40,892 nt of DNA from a virus. Taxonomy: Duplodnaviria > Caudoviricetes. The DNA is taken from IMG/VR virus record IMGVR_UViG_3300011438_000019, positions 1 to 40,892 of that record, one strand, 5' to 3'. Below are positions 16,762 to 26,132 of this stretch, one piece after another (the stretch's first letter is position 1; each line of letters starts with the position of its first letter). The position numbers and the translations under genes were made by a program. A model generated the notes under the pieces. That model was given only the letters and a program-made list of their open reading frames with translations. It had not been told where the DNA came from and ran no database searches.

Positions 16762-17448
16762 TTATTCTCCGGAGTCATCTTGGACAGGGCCGAACCTCAT
16801 GGTTCGAAGACTAGACGCTTCTTCGCGAGCGTGCAATAGCTTCTCTCGCACCCTGACCAGAACTAGATCTAGGAAATACTGTGATTCCTTCTTCGAGAAC
16901 CCGAACCGCCTCAGCCTGCTCGCCACACGATGACGGTTCTTGAAGAATTCGCCGCTGACGATGGACGCTGAGATGTAGTCGTAGGCTTTCTTCTGCTTCC
17001 GCTTTGCTGTTGGATCATCCCCGTTGGAGAAAGCCTTGTCGAAGAAAGAGGACAGAAGCTTGAGGATATAGCGTCGTTCAGGCGTGTCAAACGATGGGAC
17101 AGTTCCTTCGGCCTCGCGCCGGATGTCGTCGTCAGAATCTATGCTCTGGTCAATGAACGTCAGCCTCTGGTTCTGCGTGATGCAAGTGTTACAGACGACC
17201 GACCAGAGAAATGCGAAAGCCGAGCCTCTCTTGTAACTGAACTTCGGGAGAGCCGTCAAGACCTTGAGGGCGCATTCTTGTCGCAAGTCATCACGATTGC
17301 TGTACATCCTCTTCCGAGATATGGCCGCATCGATCAAAGGGTAAGTACGTCTCATGATCTCGTCTCGGAGCTTTCTCCGCGGGTGTTTGACGTAGTGGGT
17401 CATCAATTCGGTGACCTTCCTATTGTCAAAGATCCGTTTCTTCTTCAT
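16762..17448 (-). CDS. phage sigma70-like factor
   Basis: Region-2-like DDLRQECALKVLTALPKF....AFAFL; start moved to 17448 (ATGA overlap with SbcC stop, GGAG RBS). Confidence 0.7.
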   Translation of the reverse strand: MKKKRIFDNRKVTELMTHYVKHPRRKLRDEIMRRTYPLIDAAISRKRMYSNRDDLRQECALKVLTALPKFSYKRGSAFAFLWSVVCNTCITQNQRLTFIDQSIDSDDDIRREAEGTVPSFDTPERRYILKLLSSFFDKAFSNGDDPTAKRKQKKAYDYISASIVSGEFFKNRHRVASRLRRFGFSKKESQYFLDLVLVRVREKLLHAREEASSLRTMRFGPVQDDSGE

Positions 17449-19241
17449 GACATCTCCACTCGCGAGAAGCCTTTCTTCTTGATGACTGTCCACACCTTCC
17501 CGACGCGAGCCTTCAGCTCCCTTCGGTGAGAAATAACGAGAACGGTTCCTCTGAGCTCTGCCAGAATTCCAAGGACAGATTCCCGCCCTGTATCGTCCAG
17601 ACCATCCAAGAGTTCGTCCACAAGCAAGAGATTGCAAGTCCGGGACAGCCAAGAAAAACAAAGAAGTATGCAGATGTCGATCCTTCGTCGTCCACCGGAA
17701 GACTCGCCAGCGTAAGATGCAGAACCCCTTTTCGCATCGTAATGGACATAGAATAGTTCACGCTCTTCACCTCTTTTTGTCTTCCGACTTGGGACGAACC
17801 GCAATTCCGCCGAGCCTTGAAATATGTCGTTCGAGTACTCTGCCAGCTTCGTGTTGAGCGCAGGAAGAGACTCTCGGATGACGAGGGACTTGACCCCGCG
17901 ATTACCAAAGCCTTCTTCCCAGAAACGCAAGTCAGCGAGCCTTTTCTCTAGCTGCTCTTGCTGGTAGCTCAGGACGAGATGTCTAGAAATATGACGTGAG
18001 TACTGCCTCGTCAGATCTTCGATCTCTTCCCGAAATGGGGATCCGGAGGAGCGGAGTTTTCTCAGCTTCTCATGCACGAGGCTGACCCGCTCCCCCAGAT
18101 CCTGTTTCTGCATGGATTGTGATTTTCCCTCTAGTTCTTGGGAACGATGCTTCTGTCGTAGTCGGTTTAGGTTCTTCCGACCATACGCAAGCCTCCTTTC
18201 GAGATCCGCGATCTTGTCACGCCATCCCGCGATCTTATTATGGGACGCACCCCGATCGCTTCGCACGTGATCGAGATAAGCCGATAGCGTCCTTTCCGTG
18301 ATGATCCGACGACACGTCGGGCACGGCTTCCCTACCAGCTTCTCGCGATCGCGAATGCTCTCTTTCAACGCTCGCAGGTTCTTGTGTTCGAGCCTCACCC
18401 GCGATGTGAGCGCGGATATGCGCGAGACGAACTGCTCGACTCGCTCTTCCGCCTGCTCTAGCTCACCTTTTGGCAAGGCCGAGACCTTACGCTTGGCAAG
18501 CTTCACAAGAGACTTCTTTGCTTCCTCAAGCTCTCCAGTCAGCTCGTCAATCTGTCCTTGCCGAGACCTGCGAAATATACGCTCACTCTTCCGGAGCGAC
18601 GCGATGTGGCTCCGCAGACCCTTAACCTTTTCGCTCTCTCCCGAGACCTCCAATTCGAGTGTATGCAGCCGTTCCTTCCCCTCTACTATTAGATTCTTTG
18701 CGCGACGGAGAGCCTCATCGAACTCACGGAAATGGAGGAACGACTCCAGAACCTTTTTCTGCTCGGAATCTGTGAGTGCTGCGAACGGTCGAGCTCCTCC
18801 AAAGATGACGGAGTTCGTGAAGGTCTGGTAGTCCACACCGATCACAGCTTCTAGCTTCTTCTGGGTCTCTTCGTCGTGACGAGCAGAGAGGAGAGCGTCT
18901 CCCCTCCAGAAATGGAGAGCATTCCCGCTCTTCCGATGACGACGATGCCTAACGACCCTGTATTTCTTTCCGCCTATAAGGAACGAGACAGAGACGGAGC
19001 AGTTTCTCTTCGCAAACCGATTGACGACGTGGTCGTGCTTCACTCCGCGAATCGTTCTCCCGAAGAGAGCCCAGACGAGAGCTTCGATGATCGCAGACTT
19101 TCCGGCCTTGTTACTATCGGCGTCAGGTTCGTCCAAATTCTTCCCTTCCACTCGGACGATGCCCTGCCCAGACAAGGAGAGCACCTGCTTCTCCCCAAAG
19201 CTGAGAAAATTGTTGATCTCTAGTCTGCGGAACTCGATCAT
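17445..19241 (-). CDS. SbcC/Rad50 (T4 gp46-like) ATPase
   Basis: NFLSF, Walker A N.AGKS, coiled coils, CPTC zinc hook, SSGG signature, LLLVDE..DGLD, ISH. Confidence 0.92.
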   Translation of the reverse strand: MIEFRRLEINNFLSFGEKQVLSLSGQGIVRVEGKNLDEPDADSNKAGKSAIIEALVWALFGRTIRGVKHDHVVNRFAKRNCSVSVSFLIGGKKYRVVRHRRHRKSGNALHFWRGDALLSARHDEETQKKLEAVIGVDYQTFTNSVIFGGARPFAALTDSEQKKVLESFLHFREFDEALRRAKNLIVEGKERLHTLELEVSGESEKVKGLRSHIASLRKSERIFRRSRQGQIDELTGELEEAKKSLVKLAKRKVSALPKGELEQAEERVEQFVSRISALTSRVRLEHKNLRALKESIRDREKLVGKPCPTCRRIITERTLSAYLDHVRSDRGASHNKIAGWRDKIADLERRLAYGRKNLNRLRQKHRSQELEGKSQSMQKQDLGERVSLVHEKLRKLRSSGSPFREEIEDLTRQYSRHISRHLVLSYQQEQLEKRLADLRFWEEGFGNRGVKSLVIRESLPALNTKLAEYSNDIFQGSAELRFVPSRKTKRGEERELFYVHYDAKRGSASYAGESSGGRRRIDICILLCFSWLSRTCNLLLVDELLDGLDDTGRESVLGILAELRGTVLVISHRRELKARVGKVWTVIKKKGFSRVEMS

Positions 19242-19691
19242 TTAGTCCTCGTCGAACGCTTCGTCCAATTCAGCTCTCTCCTCAATCTGGTCTTGCAGGA
19301 TGTCTTCGACCCGCTTCATTCGCTTTTCCATTGACAGATCTTCCGACTTCCGAAAGGGATTTCTCTTCCCAATCGCCTTGCAGACCTTGTCCATTTCAGT
19401 TAGGTTGTACTCATGGGTCTTTTCGAAACAGACCTTGTGACCTCTCTGAAGGAGCTTCTGTGCTGTAAGAACGCGATGCTGATCTACTTCGACGTACGTC
19501 TGCGTCTGTTCCAGAGAGTAGGCTCTGCCGAAAAACACTTTGGAAACTTTCGGCCAGTATTTTTCCGCTCGTGCCCACAGAACGGACTTGTTATGTGCTC
19601 CGAGTTTATACAGAACTCCGGCAAGAGCCTTGAGCGGACTCAGTTTCTTGTCCTTCCAATTGATGTTCTCTCTTCCCTTTTCACTTCCCAT
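19242..19691 (-). CDS. hypothetical protein
   Basis: Sits exactly between Mre11 and Rad50 genes; GGAGG RBS. Confidence 0.65.
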   Translation of the reverse strand: MGSEKGRENINWKDKKLSPLKALAGVLYKLGAHNKSVLWARAEKYWPKVSKVFFGRAYSLEQTQTYVEVDQHRVLTAQKLLQRGHKVCFEKTHEYNLTEMDKVCKAIGKRNPFRKSEDLSMEKRMKRVEDILQDQIEERAELDEAFDED

Positions 19692-19692
19692 G

Positions 19693-20748
19693 TTACCCTC
19701 CGTAGAGATTCGTTCCTAGAGATATGAGACGGCTTTTTCGCCGCTCACTGTCAACCTTTGACGTGACGTAGCGAGATATGACTTCAACTGCCGTCATCGT
19801 CTTAAGAGCAGGCTCGTCTGTTCCTTCCTCTTCTCCTTCGTGATGGATCTGGCATTGAAATTTTCCAGCCTCAGCCAGTTCTTCGACATCGCCGTCGTCC
19901 ACATCCGGCCCGACTGTGAACCGAACATAGTGCCCGGAGAGCGAGCAGTGACCCTTGGAAATATCGCGCTTCAGTTCAGTGAGCTTCTCCTCATCCAATG
20001 TGACCCGTTTGAACATCGGCAGGTTCGTGTAGATCTTGCGAAGCCTGACTTTGTCGGCCAGAGAAATGTCCCAGAGGCACGGCCGATGGTTCTCACCAAA
20101 AGTGTGCTGGAGCGGACTTCCCATGTAGAGCACATTCTTCCGCAAGAACTGCGACGTGTGAAAGTCGCTCAGGAGGACGAGTCTCCATCTTTTGGGGTAG
20201 AGATCAGCGAGCTTGACGGGGCATCGAAGCAGATAGTCTCTTGGCCCGACATGGCCTCCCTGAACCGCGCTATGCAGAACGAGAACTGAAGGGCTTCTCG
20301 GGCGAGCTTTCTGAAGGCGCGACTTGAACGCGTCAGAATCCGGCTCATACGGAAAAACGAAGACGCGATCCCATACGATCTCAGGCGTCTCGACAATGCG
20401 GGCCACTTTGCGAAACGGTCGGAGAGAGTGAAGAAGACGCGCGGTGGAAGCCAGAGACATATCGTGATTCCCCAGATTGATGACTGTTTCGATGCCAGCG
20501 TCATGCGTCTCCTCCAGTTCTCGATAGACAGCGTCGTAGACTTCCACAGGGATGTAGTCTGTTTCTTCAAATATATCACCATTGAGAAGGTTCCTCCTTA
20601 TTCCCCGTTCCAGAGACTCTGCCCTCAGGATGCGGAAGACTTTCAAGATGTTGTAGAGTCGTGAGTTCATCCCGTTCTTGCGCGTCACTGCGAACTGACG
20701 CCAGTTATGAGCCTGAATGTCTCCCGTCGCTAGGAAGCGGAGATCCAT
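19693..20748 (-). CDS. SbcD/Mre11 (T4 gp47-like) nuclease
   Basis: Metallophosphoesterase motifs GDIQ, GDIF, GNHD, H, SDFH, YMGSPLQHTFGE. Confidence 0.88.
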   Translation of the reverse strand: MDLRFLATGDIQAHNWRQFAVTRKNGMNSRLYNILKVFRILRAESLERGIRRNLLNGDIFEETDYIPVEVYDAVYRELEETHDAGIETVINLGNHDMSLASTARLLHSLRPFRKVARIVETPEIVWDRVFVFPYEPDSDAFKSRLQKARPRSPSVLVLHSAVQGGHVGPRDYLLRCPVKLADLYPKRWRLVLLSDFHTSQFLRKNVLYMGSPLQHTFGENHRPCLWDISLADKVRLRKIYTNLPMFKRVTLDEEKLTELKRDISKGHCSLSGHYVRFTVGPDVDDGDVEELAEAGKFQCQIHHEGEEEGTDEPALKTMTAVEVISRYVTSKVDSERRKSRLISLGTNLYGG

Positions 20749-20756
20749 GAGTCCTC

Positions 20757-20939
20757 TCAGTCGTGCATGATCGTCGTCGGTGTCAGCTTGCCATCTGACG
20801 GGAAGTCAATGAACTCCTTGCCGTCTGAGAATTTGATGATGCGAGCACAAGGACGATGCCACACATAGCCTCGCCTAGAAATAAGATCCTCCGGCGGAAT
20901 GCTTGTCTGAGGCTTTTCACAGGTCTCGCAGATCATCAT
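20757..20939 (-). CDS. small zinc-finger-like protein
   Basis: CETC...WHRPC. Confidence 0.55.
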   Translation of the reverse strand: MMICETCEKPQTSIPPEDLISRRGYVWHRPCARIIKFSDGKEFIDFPSDGKLTPTTIMHD

Positions 20940-21418
20940 ATCGTCCCCCTTGAAAACCTCATCGGAAAGTTTAAGCGAGCGAACTCGCCGAAGAGTTTCT
21001 TTGCAGCCTTGTCGTAAACTTTAGCTGCTTCAATCGGAGAGTCAAAACGGCCTAAGAACTTTCGCTTTCCGTTTGCCTTGATCTGCACATTCCACTTCTT
21101 CCTTCCAGACCGCCTAAAGACCCCTTTGAAACCTGAGACATTGTCGCGATGTTTTCCCATGTTCATCTGATTCTGCCGATGAGTGGCATTCCTCAGGTTG
21201 CTTCTACGATTGTCTAAGCGATTTCCATTTCTGTGATCGGTTTCCAATCCTCTTGGAGGCTTTCCATTGATGAGATGATGAAGATAGATATGCGGAGTCA
21301 CTGTAGATCTGGCATGTCCGTCTTTTCCAAGATACCATTTCCTTCTGGAGACTTTGGCAAAGTCTCCATCGCTTACGATTGCGAGCTCTGGCGAATTCGT
21401 AAGCGAGATCTTTTTCAT
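20936..21418 (-). CDS. HNH endonuclease with AP2 domain
   Basis: [16 protein letters not shown]; SGFKGV...W...I...LGRF.S..EAAKVYD.AA..LFGEFA.LN. Confidence 0.92.
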   Translation of the reverse strand: MKKISLTNSPELAIVSDGDFAKVSRRKWYLGKDGHARSTVTPHIYLHHLINGKPPRGLETDHRNGNRLDNRRSNLRNATHRQNQMNMGKHRDNVSGFKGVFRRSGRKKWNVQIKANGKRKFLGRFDSPIEAAKVYDKAAKKLFGEFARLNFPMRFSRGTI

Positions 21419-21657
21419 ATCTGCTCCTCAAGGAGAAAATGGGAAGTATATTCCAAGAGCTCGACAGGGAGGGCTTCGCCGTCTTTTGTGTCCACCATCA
21501 GGATATAGAAGTTTCCCACTTTTGGATTGTAGTGACGGCGAACGCTGGTCGTCCGTGGCTGGATCCAGATCTGTGTGTTCAGATTGCTCTCATCTTTCAG
21601 CGCGTATCTGCCGTCGTCCGTCTTAGCTTTGATGATCTTGACTTCTTGGAGAATCAT
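21415..21657 (-). CDS. hypothetical protein
   Basis: ATGA-coupled. Confidence 0.55.
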   Translation of the reverse strand: MILQEVKIIKAKTDDGRYALKDESNLNTQIWIQPRTTSVRRHYNPKVGNFYILMVDTKDGEALPVELLEYTSHFLLEEQI

Positions 21658-22028
21658 TTCTTCTCCCTGTACGCTCCTGACGTGAATGCCGTGCGCTCCC
21701 GGACTGTGTGAAGAGCGGAGAGGATCTCGGGCTTCGTGTGGAGAATCTCAAAGCGAGAAATGGAGAACTCACCGAGATACAGTTCCTCCTGAAAGATTCG
21801 GTCTGGATGAGTACGCCAGAGCTTGTCTTCACTCTGGACGAACTCCTCCACATTGGATCCCTCAAGGCCAAGCCCAAAGAACGCATCAGGGATCTGGTAC
21901 ACTCCTACGTAGACGACGTGATAGTAAAGGTCCTTGAAAAAGATGGCGTAGTGCTCCCCGTTCAAGAGTCGGTTGTCCGAGGACGCAGCATTGACGCAGC
22001 GAGCGACGATGAGACTTCTGTCTTCCAT
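21654..22028 (-). CDS. hypothetical protein
   Basis: AGGAGG RBS. Confidence 0.6.
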   Translation of the reverse strand: MEDRSLIVARCVNAASSDNRLLNGEHYAIFFKDLYYHVVYVGVYQIPDAFFGLGLEGSNVEEFVQSEDKLWRTHPDRIFQEELYLGEFSISRFEILHTKPEILSALHTVRERTAFTSGAYREKK

Positions 22029-22036
22029 GACTCCTC

Positions 22037-22531
22037 CTATTTGATCTTCAGCGTCCGTGGGAAACGGGCTGGCCCTGTCTTCTTGCTCTTCTTGAGAAGG
22101 GCGAGCTCCCCTTTCAAGACATCATCCACACTCTCCAATTGGAGACCGTACATCTGGCGAAGAAATACAAAGTCCTCCAGATCGTGCTTGATCAACTTGC
22201 GATACTGAAGCGGATTGTTCTGGTCGAATCCGCCCTGCGGGATATGGAAGAGCTCGTGAACGACAACGAACATCTGGTAGGCCAGCTTCGAGATCTTGAA
22301 TCGCGGCTCCCAGAACTCGATAGCGTAGTCGTACTCTGGCAAGGCCAGAGCCCACGGAGAACGATTGCGGCTGATGCGTGCGATATGACCGCTCTTCCTC
22401 GACATGAATGAGCACAGAAGTACACGCTTCGTCCTCACATGCCCGAGAAGAGTTGGAAACAGTTCCTTGGCTTCCCTGAGCAGGGGTCTCAGATCTTCAC
22501 GGACTTCCCAGAGCTTCCTTTTTCGCCTCAC
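22037..22531 (-). CDS. putative phage metallopeptidase
   Basis: HELFH (HExxH) and downstream HDLEDF; C-terminal RFPR. Confidence 0.7.
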   Translation of the reverse strand: MRRKRKLWEVREDLRPLLREAKELFPTLLGHVRTKRVLLCSFMSRKSGHIARISRNRSPWALALPEYDYAIEFWEPRFKISKLAYQMFVVVHELFHIPQGGFDQNNPLQYRKLIKHDLEDFVFLRQMYGLQLESVDDVLKGELALLKKSKKTGPARFPRTLKIK

Positions 22532-22896
22532 TCTTCCTCCCCACCAAACATCTCAAATTGACCCGACCCTTTCTTGAGACGAGGATGCCTCACAATCCGT
22601 GGAGAGCGAAATGGACAGTGGGGGACTCTCCCATCCGTCAAGAACTCGCGGTCGTTTCGATTGGAGCGCCTTGTCCATTGGAGCCACTGTTCGGCGATGC
22701 TCTGTGTGATGGTCCCCACGCCGAGCCAGCGACATGCGATGATCTGGCTGTCTCGAGAGAACCCTTTAGTTCCTTCCCCTCGGGCGATCTGCTCGACCAC
22801 AGAGTAGACGGAGTTCATAGAGTAGAACTTCCGAGAGACCATGCGGCCATCGTCCATGTCGTTATTTTTCTCCCTCGGAAATCGCCTAATGGTCAT
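22528..22896 (-). CDS. hypothetical protein
   Basis: Start moved to MTIRRFPRE (22896, ATGA overlap with upstream stop). Confidence 0.55.
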   Translation of the reverse strand: MTIRRFPREKNNDMDDGRMVSRKFYSMNSVYSVVEQIARGEGTKGFSRDSQIIACRWLGVGTITQSIAEQWLQWTRRSNRNDREFLTDGRVPHCPFRSPRIVRHPRLKKGSGQFEMFGGEEE

Positions 22897-23108
22897 GGTC
22901 GGATGTTGATTCTCCGCAAGAACTGTCTGTCGGCCCATGTCACTCTTGGCTTGCTAGATTTCGCCGTCGTGAGAACTTCTTCCCTTTCAGACTGAGCATC
23001 TCCGATAGCGGACTGGTAGCCCATCCAGAAGCCGATCCGAAATGCGAACTGGAGAAGGCCAATCAGCAAGCTGAAGAAGATCAAGAGAATTCCTATCGTC
23101 ATCAACAT
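22893..23108 (-). CDS. small membrane protein
   Basis: N-terminal hydrophobic helix; GAGGAG RBS. Confidence 0.6.
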   Translation of the reverse strand: MLMTIGILLIFFSLLIGLLQFAFRIGFWMGYQSAIGDAQSEREEVLTTAKSSKPRVTWADRQFLRRINIRP

Positions 23109-23120
23109 GCTTTTCTCCTC

Positions 23121-23393
23121 TCACGCGTTCGGCTGTAGACGCTTCTCGATGTAGTCCACAGCATCTTTCACGGTCACAATCTTGTTCTCCAAGTCGTCTT
23201 CGTCTGGAATCTCAATCCCGAAGACGCTCTCGGCTTCCATGATCAGTTCCAGTCCATCTAGAGAATCTGCGCCGAGGTCAGCGCGGAGCTTCGCTTCCAG
23301 TGTGACCTCTTTTTCGGAAGCTCCAAGCTGATCGACGAGGATCTTAGTCACGAGATCCAACACATTCACTTTCTTCTTTTTCGTGTCATTCAT
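23121..23393 (-). CDS. acpP: acyl carrier protein
   Basis: DLGADSLD phosphopantetheine site; E..FGIEIPDE...I.TV.DAVDYI. Confidence 0.93.
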   Translation of the reverse strand: MNDTKKKKVNVLDLVTKILVDQLGASEKEVTLEAKLRADLGADSLDGLELIMEAESVFGIEIPDEDDLENKIVTVKDAVDYIEKRLQPNA

Positions 23394-24330
23394 CTTTCGC
23401 TCCCTTCAAACTTTCAAAAGGCAATATCCACCGCCCGAAGTCCCGAAGTAGAGACGTGAACGCCTGCTCGATGCAGAATTTCTGGACAGTGGCCTTGTTA
23501 AACGACGTCTTCGCTTCGGAAGTCACAGTGTTAATTCTCTCGATGACTCGATTGCTACGAACGCGGCGAAGATCCATCAGCCTGAGGTTTAGCTCAATGC
23601 GCTCCTTGACACCTTCTCCGTACAGAAGAGCGTACCGATTTCCCTTTGCTTCTACCTTCTTCTGGATCTTTGGCAAGAAAAGCGTCTTGATGGAGCCGTA
23701 CTTAGATATGAGCTCCTTGGCAGTTTCTTCACCGAGACCCTTCGCGCCTCCCGGAAGAGTGTCGGTCTTGTCGCCCACAATAGAGCGGAACTCCAGGTAT
23801 TGAGCCGGACTCATGTCCAGCTTCTTAAAGAAGTTCTTGCGGGTGTAGAGCTCTGCCTTGATTGGCGACCAGACATCTATGTCCTCATCAACGAGCTGAA
23901 GCATGTCTCGATCGGAGGATATGATGGTCTTCCGCCCCTTGAGGGTGTGACACGCTGCGATAGCGATGAGATCGTCGCCCTCGGTATCTTGAAACGAGAC
24001 CTGCGCGACACCGAGCTTTGGGAGCAACTTCCTGATGACCTGGAGCTGAGTGCTCACCGACTTGTACTCCTGAGCCTGTTCCTCAGTCGGGTGCGCTCTC
24101 CTCTCCGCTCGGTCATGCTTGTAGCCCGGAAATATCTCCTGCCGAATTCTCGGCCTGCCAGAATCCCAAACGACGAGAGCCCCTGTCGGCTCAAATTTTT
24201 CCAGCGCTGAACGGATGAGGCGCAGAAATCCATAGACAACCTGGATGGGTCTACCTTTCGCCGTCAGCTCTGGAAGACGTTTCTGTAGACGCCACGCGGC
24301 ATTATTGCCATCGAAAATCAGAGTGTTCAT
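23386..24330 (-). CDS. 5'-3' exonuclease / flap endonuclease (Pol I 5' nuclease or T4 RNase H type)
   Basis: IFDGNN, VWD, R...[27 protein letters not shown]; start moved to 24330 (ATGA overlap). Confidence 0.9.
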   Translation of the reverse strand: MNTLIFDGNNAAWRLQKRLPELTAKGRPIQVVYGFLRLIRSALEKFEPTGALVVWDSGRPRIRQEIFPGYKHDRAERRAHPTEEQAQEYKSVSTQLQVIRKLLPKLGVAQVSFQDTEGDDLIAIAACHTLKGRKTIISSDRDMLQLVDEDIDVWSPIKAELYTRKNFFKKLDMSPAQYLEFRSIVGDKTDTLPGGAKGLGEETAKELISKYGSIKTLFLPKIQKKVEAKGNRYALLYGEGVKERIELNLRLMDLRRVRSNRVIERINTVTSEAKTSFNKATVQKFCIEQAFTSLLRDFGRWILPFESLKGAKDE

Positions 24331-24659
24331 GTTTCCATCTCCTCGATCAGTCTCTTCAGTTTCTTGGACAGACCACGAACCGTGATCTTCCCAGAGTTTG
24401 CCAGCTTTGCAAGGATATGACCATGACACGGCTTCGGCGTACAGTAGCAGAGAAGTCGCTTTCCCCGCAGAGCCGGAATCCTCTCCAGAAGGTCAATCCG
24501 CTTCAGCAGGTATTTCGCGTACTTCAGGAGAACTTTCTTTCGATCCGCTGGATCGCGTAGCTTGAACGGATTTCCCCATGCGGAGGGTCTACCGATGTAG
24601 ATGTCCTCCAATCTCTTCTCCTCCTTATGCCAGTTTATGACGGTCGTCCTAGGCTTCAT
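24327..24659 (-). CDS. DUF4326 family protein
   Basis: YIGRPSAWGNPF...LRGKRLLCYCTPKPCHGHIL. Confidence 0.85.
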   Translation of the reverse strand: MKPRTTVINWHKEEKRLEDIYIGRPSAWGNPFKLRDPADRKKVLLKYAKYLLKRIDLLERIPALRGKRLLCYCTPKPCHGHILAKLANSGKITVRGLSKKLKRLIEEMET

Positions 24660-25738
24660 TCTTCCTCCTCGTAGCTTTGCGCCGAAGCCTTGCGGATCAG
24701 TGCGTCGATCTCCTTCTTGTGATGAGCGTAGAACTTCGGGAACGTCCTCCTTGTCACTAGATGACCATTGAACTTATGCGCCGACCCCTTCCGCTTGAAG
24801 ACGCGGAGATCAATGGCGTACTCCCAGACTGCACGAGGATTGTCAATCCCGCGAGACCAGAAGATGGGAACCTTGCAGACCTTGAACGGCGGAGCGATCT
24901 TGTTCTTGACGACCTTGAGCTCACACATGAAGCCGATCTCATTTCCTCCCTTTCCTTTGATAGGCTTCATCTGCCGGATGCGACATCGAACCCATGCGTA
25001 GAACTTGAGCGCCTTTCCGCCTGACGTCGCTTCCTTGTTTCCCCACATCTGCCCCAGATTGACGCGCGTCTGATTGATGCAGATGAGACAGACCTTGTTC
25101 ATAAAAAGGAAACGGACAAGCCGACGGAAGAACTTGCTCATTTGGAGAGCCTTCTTCCCCATGTCGCTCATCTCCAGGTCAGCAGTCTCTGCCATCTCAC
25201 TACGAGTGGGAGTAGCTGCAATAGAATCCCATCCGAAGACGATAGGCGTCTCTGAATCCTTCTTCCTGATCTCTCTGACGATGTCGCGTATCTGCTCGTA
25301 GACGTCTTCAATCGTTTCGGCGTCCGAAATGATAAGCTGCTCCTCGTTGAGACCGACCGTCTTCACCCGACGATAGTCGAGAGAGTACTCCGCCACGATC
25401 AGTCCAGTGTAGTACCGCTGTCGCTGCGCTTCTGCGAGAGTGTGCTCCAAGACGGCGGTCTTCCCGCTTGCCTCCGGCCCGAAGATTTCTACGATGCCTG
25501 ATGGAAATCCCATTCCGTAACAGACCACACAGTCAATCGGCACGATGCCGCTGGAGACGTAGGCTCTTGGTCTGGAAAATATGGACTCGCCGAGCACACT
25601 CACCACATCGCCTTCATGATCCTTGTGTGCCTTGTGGTACTGTCGGTTGATCCGTTTCACGACTCTGCGGATAAGCCGCTCGCTGACCCCTCGGTACTTC
25701 TCCTTCCCGAGACGAGGAAATCTAAGAATTGGAGGCAT
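24656..25738 (-). CDS. recA: RecA/UvsX recombinase
   Basis: EIFGPEASGKT, WDSIAA, INQTR, SGGKALKFYA, KVVKNKIAPPFK; start placed at MPPILRFPRL (GAGGGAG upstream). Confidence 0.95.
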   Translation of the reverse strand: MPPILRFPRLGKEKYRGVSERLIRRVVKRINRQYHKAHKDHEGDVVSVLGESIFSRPRAYVSSGIVPIDCVVCYGMGFPSGIVEIFGPEASGKTAVLEHTLAEAQRQRYYTGLIVAEYSLDYRRVKTVGLNEEQLIISDAETIEDVYEQIRDIVREIRKKDSETPIVFGWDSIAATPTRSEMAETADLEMSDMGKKALQMSKFFRRLVRFLFMNKVCLICINQTRVNLGQMWGNKEATSGGKALKFYAWVRCRIRQMKPIKGKGGNEIGFMCELKVVKNKIAPPFKVCKVPIFWSRGIDNPRAVWEYAIDLRVFKRKGSAHKFNGHLVTRRTFPKFYAHHKKEIDALIRKASAQSYEEEE

Positions 25739-25919
25739 TCGGAGCTCCCTCAAATTTGGAAACGATATCCTTTAGTACCTGACAGTCCTGAGCAGAGAGA
25801 GGAGCACCGATCCGCGCCTTATTGCACACGGATCGGTACGCCTCAAGATCGCTCGGAGTCATCACGTTTAGAAACTGAGCCAGAAACGTGATGTTGATGT
25901 ACTGCTCTAAGCGATCCAT
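25722..25919 (-). CDS. small hypothetical protein
   Basis: GGAGG RBS; starts directly after TAA of 25920..26132. Confidence 0.55.
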   Translation of the reverse strand: MDRLEQYINITFLAQFLNVMTPSDLEAYRSVCNKARIGAPLSAQDCQVLKDIVSKFEGAPNASNS

Positions 25920-26132
25920 TTAGCCCTCCGAGGAGTCCTCCCCGTCCTGCTCGTCGCCTTCGGAAGCGCCAGCGTCCGGAGCGGGAGCTTTGGACTGTTT
26001 GGCCTCGTCAGACCTCTCCACCGGAGGGGCAGGCGATGGCGGTTTGCGAGTGGAAGCGGCCGACGGCCTGGAGCTAGTCCTCGTCGTCGTCCTCTTCTTC
26101 GTCTTCATCCTCGTCTTCGCTTTCGTCTTCAT
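25920..26132 (-). CDS. small disordered protein overlapping the end of the SSB gene
   Basis: GGAGG 6 nt before ATG; stop abuts next start (TAAATG); fills a 150-nt gap. Confidence 0.45.
   Translation of the reverse strand: MKTKAKTRMKTKKRTTTRTSSRPSAASTRKPPSPAPPVERSDEAKQSKAPAPDAGASEGDEQDGEDSSEG

Noticed and set aside
25990-26020. Hammerhead ribozyme core (CTGACGA on the minus strand)
   Set aside because: No correctly placed GAAA or stem II found.
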